From the NCBI GenBank assembly GCA_965209155.1, contig OZ242383.1, positions 3,200,001 through 3,264,000 on the forward strand: a stretch of DNA of 64,000 nt, in the 5' to 3' direction. Under the pieces are notes generated by a model, which saw nothing but the letters and a program-made list of their open reading frames with translations, was not told where the DNA came from and made no database searches. A program made the position numbers and the translations under genes. Positions 61,129 through 64,000 of this stretch are shown here, piece by piece (the stretch's first letter is position 1; the number at the start of each line of letters is the position of its first letter). This DNA is from a bacterium (GTDB taxonomy: Bacteria; SAR324; NAC60-12).

Positions 61129-62223
61129 ATGAAAAGGAGAGAATTTATTAAGAAAACGGGGGCAGGAGCAGTTGCTGTAGGTGCTATGGCGGGATCCGCA
61201 CCTGCGATTCATGCCCAGAAAACCATCGAAATCGCCATGGTGACCACCTGGTCCCGGGATCTTCCAGGGGTGGGTACGGGTGCGCAACGTTTTGCCGAGC
61301 GTCTCTCGGATATGACCGACGGTCGCATGCAAGTCAATTACTTTGCCGGCGGAGAACGAGTCAAACCATTCGATTCCTTCGATGAAGTCGCTTCCGGAAA
61401 CAGCCAACTGTATCATGCCGCTGATTACTATTGGAAAGGGAAACATCCGGGTTGGGCCTATTTCACTGCCGTTCCCTTTGGATTGACTTATACTGAAATA
61501 AACGCTTGGATTCGTTTTGGTGGAGGACAGGAACTCTGGGATGAATTGGCGGCTGAGTTTGGACTAAAATGCGTTATGTGTGGTAATACAGGCGTCCAGA
61601 TGGGGGGCTGGTTCCGCAAAGAAATAGATTCCGCAGACGACCTGAAGGGTCTCAAAATGCGTATTCCGGGACTGGGAGGTGACGTGATGGCAAAGCTTGG
61701 CGCTTCTCCGGTTTCCCTGCCTGGCGCTCAAATCTATGAAAACCTGGTCTCCGGGGCGATCGATGCCACGGAATGGGTCGGTCCCTGGAATGATGAATTT
61801 ATGAAATTTTATGAAGCGGCCAAGTATTATTACTACCCTGGCATGCACGAACCCGGATCAATGCTCGCCCTTGGTATGAACAAAAAATGGTGGGACGGAC
61901 TTTCCAATTCGGATCAAGAGATCATTGCTGCGGCAGCAGCCAAGGAAAATGACGTGATGATGTCCGAATTCAACGCCAAAAACGGTGCTTCCCTGGCCAA
62001 ACTCATTAATGAGCAAGGAGTGCAATTGCGTGAATTCAACGAAGATATCTATGACAGTTTTGGCGAAGCTGCCGATGAAGTTTTTGAAGAAGTCGTCAGC
62101 CACAGTGACCTGGCGAGGAGAATCCACGAAAGTTTCCTCAGAGCTCGTCAAGAGGTCGGTTCCTGGAATAAAATCGCGGATCAGGCTTATGTGGCCCAAC
62201 GAAATCGCGTACTCGGCCTTTAA
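61129..62223 (+). CDS. TRAP transporter substrate-binding protein (DctP/TakP-like, Tat-exported)
   Basis: MKRREFIK twin-arginine signal; QMGGWF, GLKMRIPG and DATEWVGP motifs. Confidence 0.92.
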   Translation: MKRREFIKKTGAGAVAVGAMAGSAPAIHAQKTIEIAMVTTWSRDLPGVGTGAQRFAERLSDMTDGRMQVNYFAGGERVKPFDSFDEVASGNSQLYHAADYYWKGKHPGWAYFTAVPFGLTYTEINAWIRFGGGQELWDELAAEFGLKCVMCGNTGVQMGGWFRKEIDSADDLKGLKMRIPGLGGDVMAKLGASPVSLPGAQIYENLVSGAIDATEWVGPWNDEFMKFYEAAKYYYYPGMHEPGSMLALGMNKKWWDGLSNSDQEIIAAAAAKENDVMMSEFNAKNGASLAKLINEQGVQLREFNEDIYDSFGEAADEVFEEVVSHSDLARRIHESFLRARQEVGSWNKIADQAYVAQRNRVLGL

Positions 62224-62431
62224 TAAAAACGCAATGGAGGTCTGCTGCCATGCCGGGCCCTGAGGCTTTGCATGGCAAATAATATGTGAATGCATCAAAT
62301 GTAATGGTGTTTGCACGACGACAATAAAGCTTTTTACCGTCCTTGCTCAAGCCCTCCTGACCTCATTAAAATAGAGTGAGTAGTCGGAAGATCCCATTCT
62401 TCCCACCCCGGCTTATAGAAGTGCCAGATAC

Positions 62432-63451
62432 ATGTCCCCTTCGGAAAGCAAAACGCCCCTCGATTGGCTAATCCGTATCAGCGTGGGTTCCATTGTTTCC
62501 ACAATGCTGATTTTCCTGCTCAACAACTATCTGAATTTTTGGCAAAAATGGCCCGGATTGATTACTTTTCTCGCTCATCGAGGTTGGTTCGGATTGACTC
62601 CCCTGGATGTACCATTGGGACCGGTCCAAATCTTCCAAGGCTGGCTTCAGCTCTGCAGCTATCTCGGTGGAGGTATTCTGGTGATGTTGTATGTCATTTT
62701 TACTCGTGAACATTCCTTACGTACAGACGCTGCCCGGTTGTCCGTTTTTGCCGCATACATAATCCGGGCAGCATTTTGGGCCGTTTTGACCATCGGGATC
62801 GTGGATCTTGGCATATCCTTGCTCCGTGTGGAAAATCTGTTAGAACCATTGATTGGTAAAGAATTGGCACTGGCATTGGGACGTTCTCAATTTCGTGGGG
62901 TCTATGTCCACTATCCCTTGATAATGATCTCATTGATTATTGCTTTTTTTATACGATCCCTGGGATTTGTCTGGTTATCACTGTTGATAGTGTTCGCAGA
63001 ATTTCAAATTGTCATTTTCCGCTTTATTTTCTCCTACGAACAGGCATTTATGGGAGATTTGGTTCGTTTCTGGTATGCCGCCTTGTTTCTCTTTGCCAGT
63101 CCCTACACCTTGCTTTACGAAGGTCACGTGCGGGTTGATGTCCTTTACACCCATTTCAAGAGAAGGACCAAGGCATGGTCCAATACCTGTGGATTATTGT
63201 TTTTTGGCCTGCCCCTTTGCTGGGTCATCCTCATAACGGGTATGTGGGATAAGTCCAGTAGCATCAACAGCCCATTGCGCAATTTTGAAGTCTCCCAGGC
63301 AGGGTATGGGATGTACGTGAAATACTTGATGGTCGGGTTCCTGGCAATTTTTGCGATTTCCATGATTGTACAATTTTCCAGCTACCTCCTCGAGAATGTG
63401 GCCGAACTTCGAGAAAAAGCGACTGAGGACCACCCAAACACCGAGCATTAA
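62432..63451 (+). CDS. TRAP transporter small permease (DctQ-like, extended)
   Basis: Multiple transmembrane segments; EGHVRVD motif. Confidence 0.85.
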   Translation: MSPSESKTPLDWLIRISVGSIVSTMLIFLLNNYLNFWQKWPGLITFLAHRGWFGLTPLDVPLGPVQIFQGWLQLCSYLGGGILVMLYVIFTREHSLRTDAARLSVFAAYIIRAAFWAVLTIGIVDLGISLLRVENLLEPLIGKELALALGRSQFRGVYVHYPLIMISLIIAFFIRSLGFVWLSLLIVFAEFQIVIFRFIFSYEQAFMGDLVRFWYAALFLFASPYTLLYEGHVRVDVLYTHFKRRTKAWSNTCGLLFFGLPLCWVILITGMWDKSSSINSPLRNFEVSQAGYGMYVKYLMVGFLAIFAISMIVQFSSYLLENVAELREKATEDHPNTEH

Positions 63452-63466
63452 AATCAGGATAATATT

Positions 63467-64000
63467 GTGGAATTGGTCTTTCTTGCCGTCCTCTTTCTGA
63501 TCATGATGATTGCGCTGAGTTCCGGTTTCCCGGTTGCTTTCTCTTTGCCGGGATCCGCAATACTCTCGATTGGATTGGCAGCATTGTGTGGATACCTGCT
63601 GGAAGGTAACCCCAGCGTTTATTTTGCGGAAGGCGGTCCCGTACAGTGGCTCAATGCCGGAGTGACCAACTTTCGCAGTCTCTACTGGGATGTGGAACGG
63701 GACACTTTGATTGCCATTCCTTTGTTTATATTTATGGGCATCATGCTCCAGCGTTCCAGGGTTGCTGAAGACTTGTTGGTTACCATGGCTCAGTTGTTCG
63801 GTCCTGTACCGGGAGGATTGGGAATTTCCGTGGTTATGGTCGGTGCGCTCCTTGCGGCTACTACTGGCATCGTTGGAGCCACTGTCATTGCGATGGGAAT
63901 GATTTCTCTGCCAGCGATGCTACGCAACAATTACTCCAAATCATTGGCATCCGGTACTATTTGCGCATCGGGAACCTTAGGTCAGATCATTCCTCCCTCG
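63467..64000 (+). CDS. TRAP transporter large permease (DctM-like), runs off the window
   Basis: GTG start at 63467; GFPVAF, AIPLFIFMG, AATTGIVGA and SGTLGQIIPPS motifs. Confidence 0.9.
   Translation, partial: MELVFLAVLFLIMMIALSSGFPVAFSLPGSAILSIGLAALCGYLLEGNPSVYFAEGGPVQWLNAGVTNFRSLYWDVERDTLIAIPLFIFMGIMLQRSRVAEDLLVTMAQLFGPVPGGLGISVVMVGALLAATTGIVGATVIAMGMISLPAMLRNNYSKSLASGTICASGTLGQIIPPS

Overview
Bacterial chromosomal window, probably a marine deltaproteobacterium such as SAR324 (inferred from gene content only). Housekeeping content: dgkA, selC, ggt, class I fumarase, tRNA(CAT), pspA-rpoN-lptB, NAD kinase, amt, bioD, trmH, hflC, dsbA and a TRAP transporter. Accessory content: a sigma54-driven catabolic and sugar-ABC island (about 3-19 kb), a umuDC-SRAP cassette, a partner-switching signalling cluster, a form II coxSLM-DE cluster, and IS982, helicase and phage relics. 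The most striking feature is a 556-562 bp element present five times in the same orientation. It has IS200/IS605-type hairpin ends that obey the guide/cleavage-site pairing rules and inserts after TTAAT without target duplication. It carries no tnpA or tnpB; its only cargo is an antisense four-helix-bundle (23S-IVP/Avd-like) gene enclosed by its own inverted repeat. Also notable are a 1937-aa integrase-arm/pseudokinase/ATPase/GAF/sigma54-activator fusion with a candidate promoter and enhancer sites next to it, a UmuD that looks pre-cleaved and lacks its catalytic Ser, reciprocal deletions after a tandem duplication, and a eukaryote-type glutathione synthetase.
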